Below, piece after piece: positions 19,701-28,215 of a DNA stretch of 64,000 nt; within the stretch, counting starts at the first letter, position 1, and every line of letters starts with the position of its first letter. The stretch is taken from positions 1 to 64,000 of the forward strand of contig JBDREC010000001.1 of assembly GCA_043820105.1 (NCBI GenBank), in the 5' to 3' direction. The notes below the pieces were generated by a model. The model ran no database searches. It saw only the letters and a program-made list of their open reading frames with translations, and was not told the origin of the DNA. The stretch comes from Pseudomonadota bacterium. Lineage in GTDB: Bacteria; Bdellovibrionota_F; JAHFAK01; JBDREC01. The position numbers and the translations under genes were made by a program.

Positions 19701-21315
19701 CTTGTGCAAGAGATTGAGAAACACTTCTTCCTTCTAAAAGGTCTTCAGCCAAATCAACTGCAGCCACTATTTGCCTGTGGCCAAGCAGAAAAATTAAACT
19801 CTCAACTGAAAGGCCTATTATTGCTGAACTAAAAGTTGCACCAAGTGTAGCAACTCCAAAGATGGCTCCGCCCATATAACTGCCAATTAAAGATCCAAAA
19901 GGTCCTGCTACTGTAAAAAGTCCAACCATTAATGTAGTAGTAACTGCAAATTTTGTGCTGGCTTTAAGACATTGTCTAAATCTTTCTTTTCTTTTTATAT
20001 ACTCCCAACCAGCATCATGTATAATCCCATCAGGACCGACATGAAGCTTTCCAAATGAATTTTGATAGGCCTTTTGCGCCTGACTGGCCTTTTCCTCAAT
20101 TTTTGAAAGCAGTTCTTCTTTGGCTAATGTCTCATCAGGATCCTGTAAAAACTCATAAGCTTTTATAAGCTTTTGCTTTGCATTTATTAGTCCATTATAA
20201 GTTTCCATTGTAGACACATTATGATCTTTATATTTTCTTGCTAAAGATAAGGCCTCTTCTATTTCTACAATTTGCATAATCATTGATATAAAAGAAGATC
20301 CCAAATAAAAATATCCTGATGCCTCTTCAAAATTACTTTTTTCATGTGACTCAATGGCTAGGTCATAATATAGGTAGATACCTTTTAAAATTGGAACTAA
20401 AAACTTTATATTTTCTTCTGAAGTCTTTGATAAATCCCCACTTGTCGATATCTCTTCTAAAAAAGAAATGTTTTGAGCTCTTTGAGATCCAAGAGCCAAT
20501 ATGTTAAATAATAAAAGCAGTCTGTCTATTTGATTCGCGTCAACAATTGATTCTCCGTCTTTTAGTTTTTCAAACAATAATTTGAGCTTCTCTACTTCAA
20601 GCGAATATTTTTCCTTAACTGTGCCAGGAATCAATTCTAAATAAGCAGCAAGTTTTGCTTCTTTTTTTATTATAGAAACTTTTTCTTCATCTATTTCCAA
20701 AAACTGCTGATAATTTTCAGGAAGCTTAACAAATATTTCATTATAGTAATAGTTTGCGCCAAGCTCATTTTTCACATCATAAATAAATTTCAAAAACATT
20801 TTTTTATTGTCAGTTACTTCAATCATTTTTTGAAATAAATAAAGACCAGTATAAGAATCAATTTGAAATATATTTGAAAACAATAAAGCAGCCATAGAAA
20901 TATCGATATTTTTTAACTCATCAACAACAATACCTGCTCTTAAAAACTGAGTAGTTGAATTGAATGTTTGTCGTGTTAAAATCAGTTCTTTTACAAAAAT
21001 CATACTAACAAATTCACATCTTTTCTTTGAATCAAATTCTTGTAAGACAATCATTGGTGGATTATTTATATATTCATAAACATCTTGCCTTGAAATGCTT
21101 TCTTTATTAGCATCAATTTTTGCAAGTTTTAAAGCATCAGCTCTATCAGCTCCTAGTCTAGTGCTAATAATCTTTAATCCTTCTGAATACTTTTCTTTTA
21201 ACTCTAACCTTTCATTATTATTAAAGATATCAAATGCATATAATATTCCTGGAGAAATGGCATAAAAAAACAAAAATATTGCAAAGAATATGATTTTTTT
21301 GATTTTGCTCAACAT
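16705..21315 (-). CDS. Large secreted/membrane protein with two FHA domains and a C-terminal papain/calpain-like cysteine peptidase domain
   Basis: Signal peptide from ATG 21315 (GGGGAG RBS); ISRKHAAI...DRGSKNGTFING and IGRG...ISSEHL...ENLN (FHA); QANVGNC, HGYSI, VVNPW (C/H/N triad). Confidence 0.75.
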   Translation of the reverse strand: MLSKIKKIIFFAIFLFFYAISPGILYAFDIFNNNERLELKEKYSEGLKIISTRLGADRADALKLAKIDANKESISRQDVYEYINNPPMIVLQEFDSKKRCEFVSMIFVKELILTRQTFNSTTQFLRAGIVVDELKNIDISMAALLFSNIFQIDSYTGLYLFQKMIEVTDNKKMFLKFIYDVKNELGANYYYNEIFVKLPENYQQFLEIDEEKVSIIKKEAKLAAYLELIPGTVKEKYSLEVEKLKLLFEKLKDGESIVDANQIDRLLLLFNILALGSQRAQNISFLEEISTSGDLSKTSEENIKFLVPILKGIYLYYDLAIESHEKSNFEEASGYFYLGSSFISMIMQIVEIEEALSLARKYKDHNVSTMETYNGLINAKQKLIKAYEFLQDPDETLAKEELLSKIEEKASQAQKAYQNSFGKLHVGPDGIIHDAGWEYIKRKERFRQCLKASTKFAVTTTLMVGLFTVAGPFGSLIGSYMGGAIFGVATLGATFSSAIIGLSVESLIFLLGHRQIVAAVDLAEDLLEGRSVSQSLAQAADTVSFESGKELVSEYSHTVVSLGVLKSLTHSAQIAMQKGYITDSTFGHGISFLAEMTGMGMGGLTVEAARYAMGADDVYVIVNGEVKKVESIKDIINLNVAVDSVKGTFSTVLSYRIAGRLVKPLSTRFVLAIRQKQAKAELELLDSQTRELRQRLELEKSEELRVKIALELVNKQAKVLARIFPLLDAEARAELEKVYEETLAMQAALTHPEEVQAFAQREAAAPAPSEADPITRADHNFNVADQVKVQGETGVWEVMERIGDNDLVVSRFDNGIFSEGEDGFSMRVIDASQVKKYVPVLRDLNKFDEGEICYLSQGAVFESFELASILISRKHAAIRFYENQYEIMDRGSKNGTFINGEKIRESDGWVLVDAYDVIKIGDLEFRVPFRIERLSIGDYVRVNNQPQVFIISYIEGDSATLYYKSAEKDQRPGAIPAFRTAKLSELSPWVQNFDLSRRLKEKKPLVIGRGELIGNLDFSDSQISSEHLRFSRQLDQVFVENLNARHDLYIIYEDGHVENIEYGQRVKIKPGNILHFGRTRIRIDFKISKARKAFLKTIRRIFPEKLPMDKSEVSSEVLLSTEDIGFFIDDTGANQTALRMPAVLADSPLKEYDGFALFDHVYVRRPSSDVVEEGFEIIYISEDGKMIARRLIKEEKRGQVTYRQANEDEPVEFVKGLSSYKTVWPKSLIESSEIGMTHTIASVRARFARRRFKAEAGMDDRVMSSHAEVNGFFLNPPRQANVGNCNIIALFNSFDKDPNFMALMQYSIRKNHDGSFDVKIPFGLSHGRTIRVLPQDIQAHQNKNFGKPLLYSKTGEIDTRETLYPPSGSEGWKVLEAVIMLERFGNIDRAKLETVSTGQVFEIFFGKNLKYRKIGSGTKPLSSASKIYYKRLAEKFLSRFHNGRYAATASTEAAPKGKQNHKGGDDTNEDIFFYRHGKKWVYFHGYSIKSVDRHRKMVIVVNPWRPNEDIVISFDQFFDIFTKINYGKIEFGKLLF

Positions 21316-21338
21316 TTTTATTAAATGCTCCCCTATTT

Positions 21339-21368
21339 TAAGTCGCAAGTCGTATGTCATAAGTCGTA
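21339..21368. repeat. Heptamer tandem repeat (TAAGTCG-like)
   Basis: taagtcg caagtcg tatgtca taagtcg. Confidence 0.65.
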
Positions 21369-21539
21369 AATAATGCAAATCCTATACCATTTAAATGCAT
21401 TTGTTTTTATCGTTTAATATCAATAATATATATCAATAAAACAGGCTTTCTTTTTTTCAAAACCAGGAAAACACAAAGGATTTAAAAAAAAATAAAAAAT
21501 GGCTATTTCAAGTCGCAGAAAAAAAATAAAAAGAAAAAC

Positions 21540-21634
21540 TTCCCAAATTATAAAAAAAGAAAATCAAGCAATTTCACCTAACACTTTATTTTCTTTAACC
21601 AATCTCTTAACGTGCCCTTTGGAACAAGAAATGC
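21540..21634 (+). promoter_or_regulatory. Sigma-54-like promoter plus upstream box (variant)
   Basis: TTCCCAAATTATAAAAAAAGA (21540-21560) and TGGAAC-AAGAA-ATGC (21620-21634); spacing 69 bp. Confidence 0.6.
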
Positions 21635-21674
21635 ATTCATAATTGCAGGACTACAATTTAATTTTGGAGAAATT

Positions 21675-22175
21675 ATGAAAGTCTTATTACTATCAATTTG
21701 TATATCAATAATAGGTTTAGCAACAATTGCAAATTCTTTTGAATGCACTTCAGTTCAAAGAGAGAGCTATTTAAGAGAAATAATTGCTAATGAATGGACT
21801 TATTCAAGACCAGTTAAATATGATAAACCTATGAGGTGGGAAGATAGACAAACCTATGTTTTTAAAATAACTTTTCGTGAATTCAGTGATCACAAGGATG
21901 AAATTGATGTAATTGGAAATATAATTGAAAGTCAATGTATGCCAAGTGGAGCATGTTCCTTTGAAAAACACCTTAGATCAGATTATGTTTTTGTTGATGA
22001 TGATTGCGAAGAACTCGTTTTTCAGAATGTAATAAATGTTAATCGGGATATGCCAACTGAAATATCTAAAAAATTTCAGTTAATATATAAAGATGAAAAA
22101 ATAATTAAATTAAGAAAAATTGATTATGAAGGAAATTTAACACCCGTGATTTTACAAAAGCTTACTAGCAAATAA
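21675..22175 (+). CDS. Secreted hypothetical protein
   Basis: ATG 21675 with GGAG RBS; signal peptide MKVLLLSICISIIGLATIANS. Confidence 0.75.
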   Translation: MKVLLLSICISIIGLATIANSFECTSVQRESYLREIIANEWTYSRPVKYDKPMRWEDRQTYVFKITFREFSDHKDEIDVIGNIIESQCMPSGACSFEKHLRSDYVFVDDDCEELVFQNVINVNRDMPTEISKKFQLIYKDEKIIKLRKIDYEGNLTPVILQKLTSK

Positions 22176-22197
22176 GCGTTAATCGCAGAGCAGGCAC

Positions 22198-23313
22198 TTA
22201 TTCTTCAGTAATTTCAAATGACAGTCTAGGAAGTGCTGGAAAAATTTCTTCGTCAAGATCCCACAACTGGTTTTCATTTTGATCTACAAAATTTAAGGAG
22301 TTTGAGTTATCAAAATCAACAACAACATTGTATGTTACGCCTTCTTCTAAAACGTCAGTAATTTCAACAAGTTCCTCTTCGTTTGCTTCAGCCTGAGCAT
22401 CCAAAGTTTCACTTGGATCTGGTTCAACAAAAAATTCCACAGCTGCATCCGGAGCTTCAACTGTAGGATTATTTGGTATTAAATATACCATGTTATGAGC
22501 GATTCCATCAGAATGTGCAGGCCATTCTCTTGGAACATAGATTCCCCTTGTGGCATCCGCGGCACCTGCTTCATAAATTGAATAATCTTCAGGTCTTACA
22601 TTTGTTAATTCCTGAGTCGCTTCATCCATAAATAAGAAAATCTCTTCATTATCAAAATCTGGATCATCAAATAAAAAGTCTCCTCTTTCCAAAGTATCTT
22701 CAACATCATCATCAACAAAATCAGCAATATCTGTGATCAAATCTGTCATAACTAGTTGAAAATCCAAATATCCTGATTCATTATCATAAGGTATTCTCAT
22801 CTGTTCAATTAAAGAAGAAACTGAAAAACCACCGATACAGTTATTGGTCAACTGAGTAAGATCAATGTCAGCCTCAATTGTCACGGGATTTGCAAAATCA
22901 TATTCATATGCAGAGGCCCAGTTTGTTATTCTATAGGTTTCCTCAACAAGATTAGAATCATCTTCTTGAGCTAAATAAAAGCCGGTACTGCAACTATAAC
23001 AGGTATTATCAGATGAATCATAACAGCTTAGTATGTCAATGTAATCCATTACCCAGAGATGTTCTTCAGGTTGATCAACAAAAGTCGTAGCTTTAAAATT
23101 AGATCCAGAAGCAAGTTCAAAGCTAAATTTAATTGATGCTTTGCTATCAGAGTCTGTCGTACTACCTTCAATAGTACCTGTACCATCAGCAGTATCAGTA
23201 CCATCAATAGTATCACTTCCATCACCTGAGCTTCCATCAGAATTAGATAACATTTCACAAGAAGCAAATATTAATGAAATTGATAAAATAAAGATAAGTA
23301 ATAAATGTCTCAT
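22198..23313 (-). CDS. Acidic lipoprotein of unknown function
   Basis: AAGGAGG RBS; lipobox FASC; DGTDT-like linker. Confidence 0.8.
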   Translation of the reverse strand: MRHLLLIFILSISLIFASCEMLSNSDGSSGDGSDTIDGTDTADGTGTIEGSTTDSDSKASIKFSFELASGSNFKATTFVDQPEEHLWVMDYIDILSCYDSSDNTCYSCSTGFYLAQEDDSNLVEETYRITNWASAYEYDFANPVTIEADIDLTQLTNNCIGGFSVSSLIEQMRIPYDNESGYLDFQLVMTDLITDIADFVDDDVEDTLERGDFLFDDPDFDNEEIFLFMDEATQELTNVRPEDYSIYEAGAADATRGIYVPREWPAHSDGIAHNMVYLIPNNPTVEAPDAAVEFFVEPDPSETLDAQAEANEEELVEITDVLEEGVTYNVVVDFDNSNSLNFVDQNENQLWDLDEEIFPALPRLSFEITEE

Positions 23314-23476
23314 ACCCGGCCCTCCTTAGATAGTAATAAAGTTTTACTGAATTTCTAATTATATCATACCTTATATATAAACACAAATCTGTAATATTGG
23401 TCACAAGGGATAAATTAATTCAAAATTCAAAATTTGAATTTCAAAAGAGTGTAAAATTCAATAAAAAAATGATAGT

Positions 23477-23571
23477 TTCCCAAATTTGAAAAAAAGAAAG
23501 CAAAACACCTCGACATAACTGTTTGTTTTAATTGAGCTATTAGATTGTTGCTGAAATGGCACCAACTTTGC
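23477..23571 (+). promoter_or_regulatory. Sigma-54 promoter plus upstream box
   Basis: TTCCCAAATTTGAAAAAAAGA (ends 23497); TGGCAC-CAACT-TTGC (23557-23571); spacing 69 bp. Confidence 0.85.
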
Positions 23572-23618
23572 TATAAATAGAAATAGGTTTAACATAAAAC
23601 ATTTTAAAGGGAGGATTT

Positions 23619-24491
23619 ATGAGAAATATTATAGTAAGGACAGAAAAAAGGATTATAACCTTAATAATAGGCTTGTTTTTATCAAGCATGATAGTTATTG
23701 GATGTGGAGCAACAAATAATCCATCATTTAATGAATCAGAAGAAGGCTTTTTAAATTCAGAATCAATGGCGAATGTAAATGTTACAGTAAAATCAAGTGT
23801 AACCTTATCTAACCTGTTATTATCAGCTGATGATGAATCAGGTGAACCTGTATTAGAAAACATTTCTTTAGCTGAAATCTCAGGCGATTACCAAGCAAAT
23901 TTTAGTCAGCTTCCAGGAACATATACATACACCTTAACGGGTTTTGCAAATTCAACAGCCTTTACCTTAGAACAAGAAGCCACAATTACATTATCTTCAA
24001 GCTTAAATGTAATTGAATTTACATATTTTGAAGGTGGATCTCAAGTTCAAGATGATCTTTTTGATGCTCCTGAAGCTTCAGTTCAAACTGAACTTATTAT
24101 TAAAGAATATAATATTAGTATTGAAGACCTGCAAATCAATTATGTAAGTGACATTGTAACAACAGTAAATTTTAATTTATCATCTGATATTACCTCAATG
24201 GTTGAATTTAGTACTGAAAAAGTTGAACTAGAATATGATTATTTAATTTCTTATCAACTTTTAGATAAAACTGGCAATGTACTTGATATATTTATAGATC
24301 CAAGTGCAAGCATGGCAGTAACATATGATATCAATGATGATTTCGACATAAGTATCAGCTCCGTATTTAATTCATCCTACTCAGGTAGCGAAGCTGCAAG
24401 TGTTTCAATCAGTATTGATGTTAACACAACATCACCAAATAATACAGCATCTGAGGCACATACAGAAGTTAATGGAAGTTTTGATATATAA
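23619..24491 (+). CDS. Acidic lipoprotein (paralog family A)
   Basis: GGAGG RBS; lipobox VIGC; beta-strand-rich. Confidence 0.8.
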   Translation: MRNIIVRTEKRIITLIIGLFLSSMIVIGCGATNNPSFNESEEGFLNSESMANVNVTVKSSVTLSNLLLSADDESGEPVLENISLAEISGDYQANFSQLPGTYTYTLTGFANSTAFTLEQEATITLSSSLNVIEFTYFEGGSQVQDDLFDAPEASVQTELIIKEYNISIEDLQINYVSDIVTTVNFNLSSDITSMVEFSTEKVELEYDYLISYQLLDKTGNVLDIFIDPSASMAVTYDINDDFDISISSVFNSSYSGSEAASVSISIDVNTTSPNNTASEAHTEVNGSFDI

Positions 24492-24600
24492 ACCCCAATA
24501 AAATCATTCCTCCAAATGGCTGGTACAAAATGCCTAAAGCAAGTTAACATAATCAAAATGCTTAATCACAATTATAATTCCTCATTATAAACCTTTACAT

Positions 24601-24695
24601 TTCCCTTTTTGAAAAAAAAGATTTTCACATAACACCCGGCAAGCTTTTATTTTCATTATCAAATGCAAACCAATTCACCTTGGCACACAATTTGA
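24601..24695 (+). promoter_or_regulatory. Sigma-54 promoter plus upstream box
   Basis: TTCCCTTTTTGAAAAAAAAGA (24601-24621); TGGCAC-ACAAT-TTGA (24681-24695); spacing 70 bp. Confidence 0.8.
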
Positions 24696-24785
24696 ATAAA
24701 AAAAACAAAGCAATTGTGAAAAAATACATCTTTTGGTTATTTCAGAGAAGAAGACAGATTTTATCTTTAACCAAAGGAGGAAAGT

Positions 24786-26201
24786 ATGAAAGCACAATTA
24801 TGGAAAATTTCCCTTTCAATGGCCACATTTATTATTCTAATAGGTTGTGGCGATTTTCAAAACTCTGATTTTATCCAAGAAAACATTGAAAACAGTCAAG
24901 AGATCCAAGGGCTTGATAATGAAACAAATCATAACGCAAGTGATATGAAAATGCAAATAAGTCTTGAAAAATCTCCTCAACTTCAAAGCATATCATACTG
25001 CAATGGAGAAGCCTTTACAACAATCCAGGCTGCAATTGATGATGCACCTGACTATTCCACAATAAAACTTCCAGATGGATTTTATACTGAAAAATTTTAC
25101 ATTTCAGATAGAAGTGGCCTAACAATTAAACCCTGCAGTAAAAATAGTGTTATTTTATTTAGACCATACAATGAAAATACTATTTTAATATCAAGTTCAA
25201 CAGATATAAACATCCAAGGTTTTATTTTTACTGAAGGAAGTAATAACAATGGAAAGGCTCAGATTGATGCCACTGGCAACAAAACGACAAATCTTAAAAT
25301 AATTCAGAACATATTTGAAAATGTAAAAACTGGTCTTAAGATTAACTATTATTCAAATGATCTTTTAATAAAATATAATGTTTTTAGGAATATTGAACAA
25401 GGAATCAGCATTACAGATAAAACTCAAAGTGCATTACAAGATAACATTGTTCTGGGCAATCATTCCATTAATGTTCTAAAAAACAACTTTGAAAATACCG
25501 CGAGTGCTTTACAGTTTTATGGATATAATCCTAATGTTAGTAATTATTTTGAATATTCAAGAATTATTGACTCCAATCAAATGATTTTTAACGAATATTC
25601 TAGTAACGATCCCTATATACTATACAGGGGTATATTTTTGAACTTGCAAGGTCCCCATCAGCATACTACAGCTATTACAAACAATATTATCTCTGGATAT
25701 GAAAAAGGAATTAGTCTTAGTCATTTTTCAAGCACTTATGCAGATTTTGAAAATTTTTATCTCATAAATAATACATTTGCCAATAATGGCTCAGCCCTTT
25801 ATTCCCAGTACATGAGCAATAATCTTAGTAGCATAAGCATGTTAAACAATATTTTTATTGATAATGATTATGTATGGTTTACAGAAAATCCTTTTGATAC
25901 TTTTCCTTCTTTTCATTATTCACTGTTTTTTAACAATACTTCCCTTTTGGGAGAAATAAGAGGCATTAGAATCAGTGCCTATGGAATTAAGTATTTATCA
26001 GGATATGCAAATATTACTAACCAAGATCCAATGCTCGATTCCAATTTGAGATTAAAACAGGGATCTCCTTGTATTAATACAGGAACAAGTTCACCCCTTA
26101 CCCCTAGCCATGACATTGATAATAACCCAAGACCTCTTTATAACAACTATGACATAGGTGCTTCTGAATATAAGATAAAAATATCCAAGAGAAGCTCTTA
26201 A
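24786..26201 (+). CDS. Lipoprotein with right-handed parallel beta-helix repeats and a choice-of-anchor-Q-like tail
   Basis: Lipobox LIGC; FTTIQAAIDDA; repeated I..N.F.N; C-terminal LKQGSPCINTG...DIDNNPR...DIGASEY. Confidence 0.85.
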   Translation: MKAQLWKISLSMATFIILIGCGDFQNSDFIQENIENSQEIQGLDNETNHNASDMKMQISLEKSPQLQSISYCNGEAFTTIQAAIDDAPDYSTIKLPDGFYTEKFYISDRSGLTIKPCSKNSVILFRPYNENTILISSSTDINIQGFIFTEGSNNNGKAQIDATGNKTTNLKIIQNIFENVKTGLKINYYSNDLLIKYNVFRNIEQGISITDKTQSALQDNIVLGNHSINVLKNNFENTASALQFYGYNPNVSNYFEYSRIIDSNQMIFNEYSSNDPYILYRGIFLNLQGPHQHTTAITNNIISGYEKGISLSHFSSTYADFENFYLINNTFANNGSALYSQYMSNNLSSISMLNNIFIDNDYVWFTENPFDTFPSFHYSLFFNNTSLLGEIRGIRISAYGIKYLSGYANITNQDPMLDSNLRLKQGSPCINTGTSSPLTPSHDIDNNPRPLYNNYDIGASEYKIKISKRSS

Positions 26202-26280
26202 AATTAGAATTTCTCAGACTAGAAGCCATTTCTATAGCCTGGGATAGTATTTTGAACTTAAAAAAACCAAGGAGGAAATC

Positions 26281-26782
26281 ATGAAAGACAGCATAGTCAA
26301 GGCCTTATTTTCAACAATTATAATAAGCATCATAATGGGTTGCGGTGACTACCAAAACTCAAATACAAGTTCTATAGATCCTTCCAAAAACATTTTAAAT
26401 GTAAAAGCATATGAAAAAATTCAGTGCTATTGAGGGGCTTGGTACAGTTGACATGATGTTCAATGGGTCTAATTCCGAAAGTCTGGCTTTTCCAGATACT
26501 TGTGACGATGCAGGCACACCATCGCAAACCCCAACTCCTTATCCAAATACAGGAAGCACAAGCGACTCAAAAGGTTCAAAAGATGAGGATGGTGAAGAAA
26601 GTGATGAAGATAAAAAAGGAAGCAATGCAGGTCAAGGAGATGACATTATTATGGTGGATATTCCTTCAGATTGGATAGGTGCAAATCATGCAAATGTTGA
26701 ACAACTGTCTGAACTTTCTATTGACCAAATCAACTTAGCACTAAATTTTCTTGTAAACATACAAAATATCATCGAACAATAG
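26281..26782 (+). pseudogene. Frameshifted lipoprotein gene carrying a PAAR-like (DUF4150-type) motif
   Basis: 26281-26433 = MKDSIVKALFSTIIISIIMGCGDYQNS... (AGGAGG RBS); removing one A from the A6 run (26414-26419) fuses it to the 26411-26782 ORF containing AFPDTC...TPTPYPN. Confidence 0.6.
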
Positions 26783-26809
26783 GTTCCTGTTTTAAAACCT
26801 ATGATTTTC

Positions 26810-27964
26810 TTAAGTCATGATCTTTTCAAAACAATCCTTCCAAAAAATGCAATCTACATTCATTATTTTCTTATTCACGGGATCCTTTGAAATGCAAAAA
26901 GCCTGGGAATTTTCAATATCTTTATTAAAACTAACAAGATTACGAATATGCCTTTCATCAACTTTTTCTGTGGATTTAATTTCAATCAAGGCAATTGGCT
27001 TTCCAGGTCTTTCAATTATCAGATCAATTTCTGCATCATCTTTTGTTCTAAGATATGAAAACTTCCAATCCCTGGATTCATATGAGTTTAATCTAAACAT
27101 TTCATTTATAATAAACTGCTCAAAAGCAATACCATATTCAAAAGTCTTAGGAGCTAGATCTAAAGTTAAGGTTCTATCTAAGGCCCTTTTTACCCCATTA
27201 TCAAAAAAATAAAATTTAGGGTTAGATCTTTGACGCTTACGGATAGACTTTGAAAAAGGTTCTAAAAGATGTCCAATTAATGTATCTTCTAAAATTTCAA
27301 AATAGGACTGAACAGTTTTAACATCAGTCCCAACATCTTTTGCAATGTTAGAAAAATTAATAATCTCACCGTTCATTTGAGCAGCCACATCTAAAAAACG
27401 TCGAAAAGGATCTAGCTTTCTAACAAGCTGTTCTTCTTTAATTTCTTCTTTTAAATAAGTAAGAGCATAAGCCCTTAAAAATGCCTGAATCTCATCTTCA
27501 GTATCAAAATCGAATATTTTGGGTAATGTTCCATATTTTAAGGCTTTATCTAAATCAAAAGCATCTCCTATCTCTAGAAATGCAAGAGAATAAAGGTTAT
27601 AAACAAAAGCGCGTCCTGCCAATAAATTTGAAGCCCCTCTTTTCAACTTTCTAGCACTTGATCCTGTTAATGCAAATTTTAATTTACTTTTTTCAATATA
27701 ATCATGAACAACATTTAGAAGTTTCGGCAGCTTTTGAATTTCATCAATAAAAACCCATTCAAGATTCTTTTTATTATCTATTAAATGTCCTAATATTTCA
27801 GGATTTCTATTTAAATCATCTTCCAGTTCTGGCTCAAGGAGGTTTATAAAAAGACAGGTTTCAGGATCTAGCAAAGACCTTAACAAAGTAGTCTTTCCTG
27901 TCCCCCTGGCCCCAAACAGAAAAAAGCTGTTTGATTTTATTGGATTAATCATTCTTTTAAACAT
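26810..27964 (-). CDS. AAA+ ATPase (AAA_14) with C-terminal DUF4143 domain
   Basis: GARGTGKT, FIDEIQK, LTGSSA, LAGRA, PKFYFFDNG, EIDLIIE...IEIK. Confidence 0.9.
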   Translation of the reverse strand: MFKRMINPIKSNSFFLFGARGTGKTTLLRSLLDPETCLFINLLEPELEDDLNRNPEILGHLIDNKKNLEWVFIDEIQKLPKLLNVVHDYIEKSKLKFALTGSSARKLKRGASNLLAGRAFVYNLYSLAFLEIGDAFDLDKALKYGTLPKIFDFDTEDEIQAFLRAYALTYLKEEIKEEQLVRKLDPFRRFLDVAAQMNGEIINFSNIAKDVGTDVKTVQSYFEILEDTLIGHLLEPFSKSIRKRQRSNPKFYFFDNGVKRALDRTLTLDLAPKTFEYGIAFEQFIINEMFRLNSYESRDWKFSYLRTKDDAEIDLIIERPGKPIALIEIKSTEKVDERHIRNLVSFNKDIENSQAFCISKDPVNKKIMNVDCIFWKDCFEKIMT

Positions 27965-28037
27965 ACTCCATAAATGTACGCCAATTTTGGGGTTTAGTCA
28001 AGCAATAAATTTAAAAATAAATTTCCCTGATGTAAAA

Positions 28038-28130
28038 TCCTATTTTTGAAAAAAAGATTATTGCCCACCATCCATACATCTATGTTTTTATTGCAAATTA
28101 TCTCTCATGTCTAATTGGCACACAATTTGC
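28038..28130 (+). promoter_or_regulatory. Sigma-54 promoter plus upstream box
   Basis: TCCTATTTTTGAAAAAAAGA (ends 28057); TGGCAC-ACAAT-TTGC (28116-28130); spacing 68 bp. Confidence 0.85.
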
Positions 28131-28215
28131 TCCTTATCTATGCAATAGTAAAAAATGGTTTTAGGGGAGCATATTTTCAAATATCCTAAAACCAAAAAAA
28201 AGCAAGGAGAGGAAA

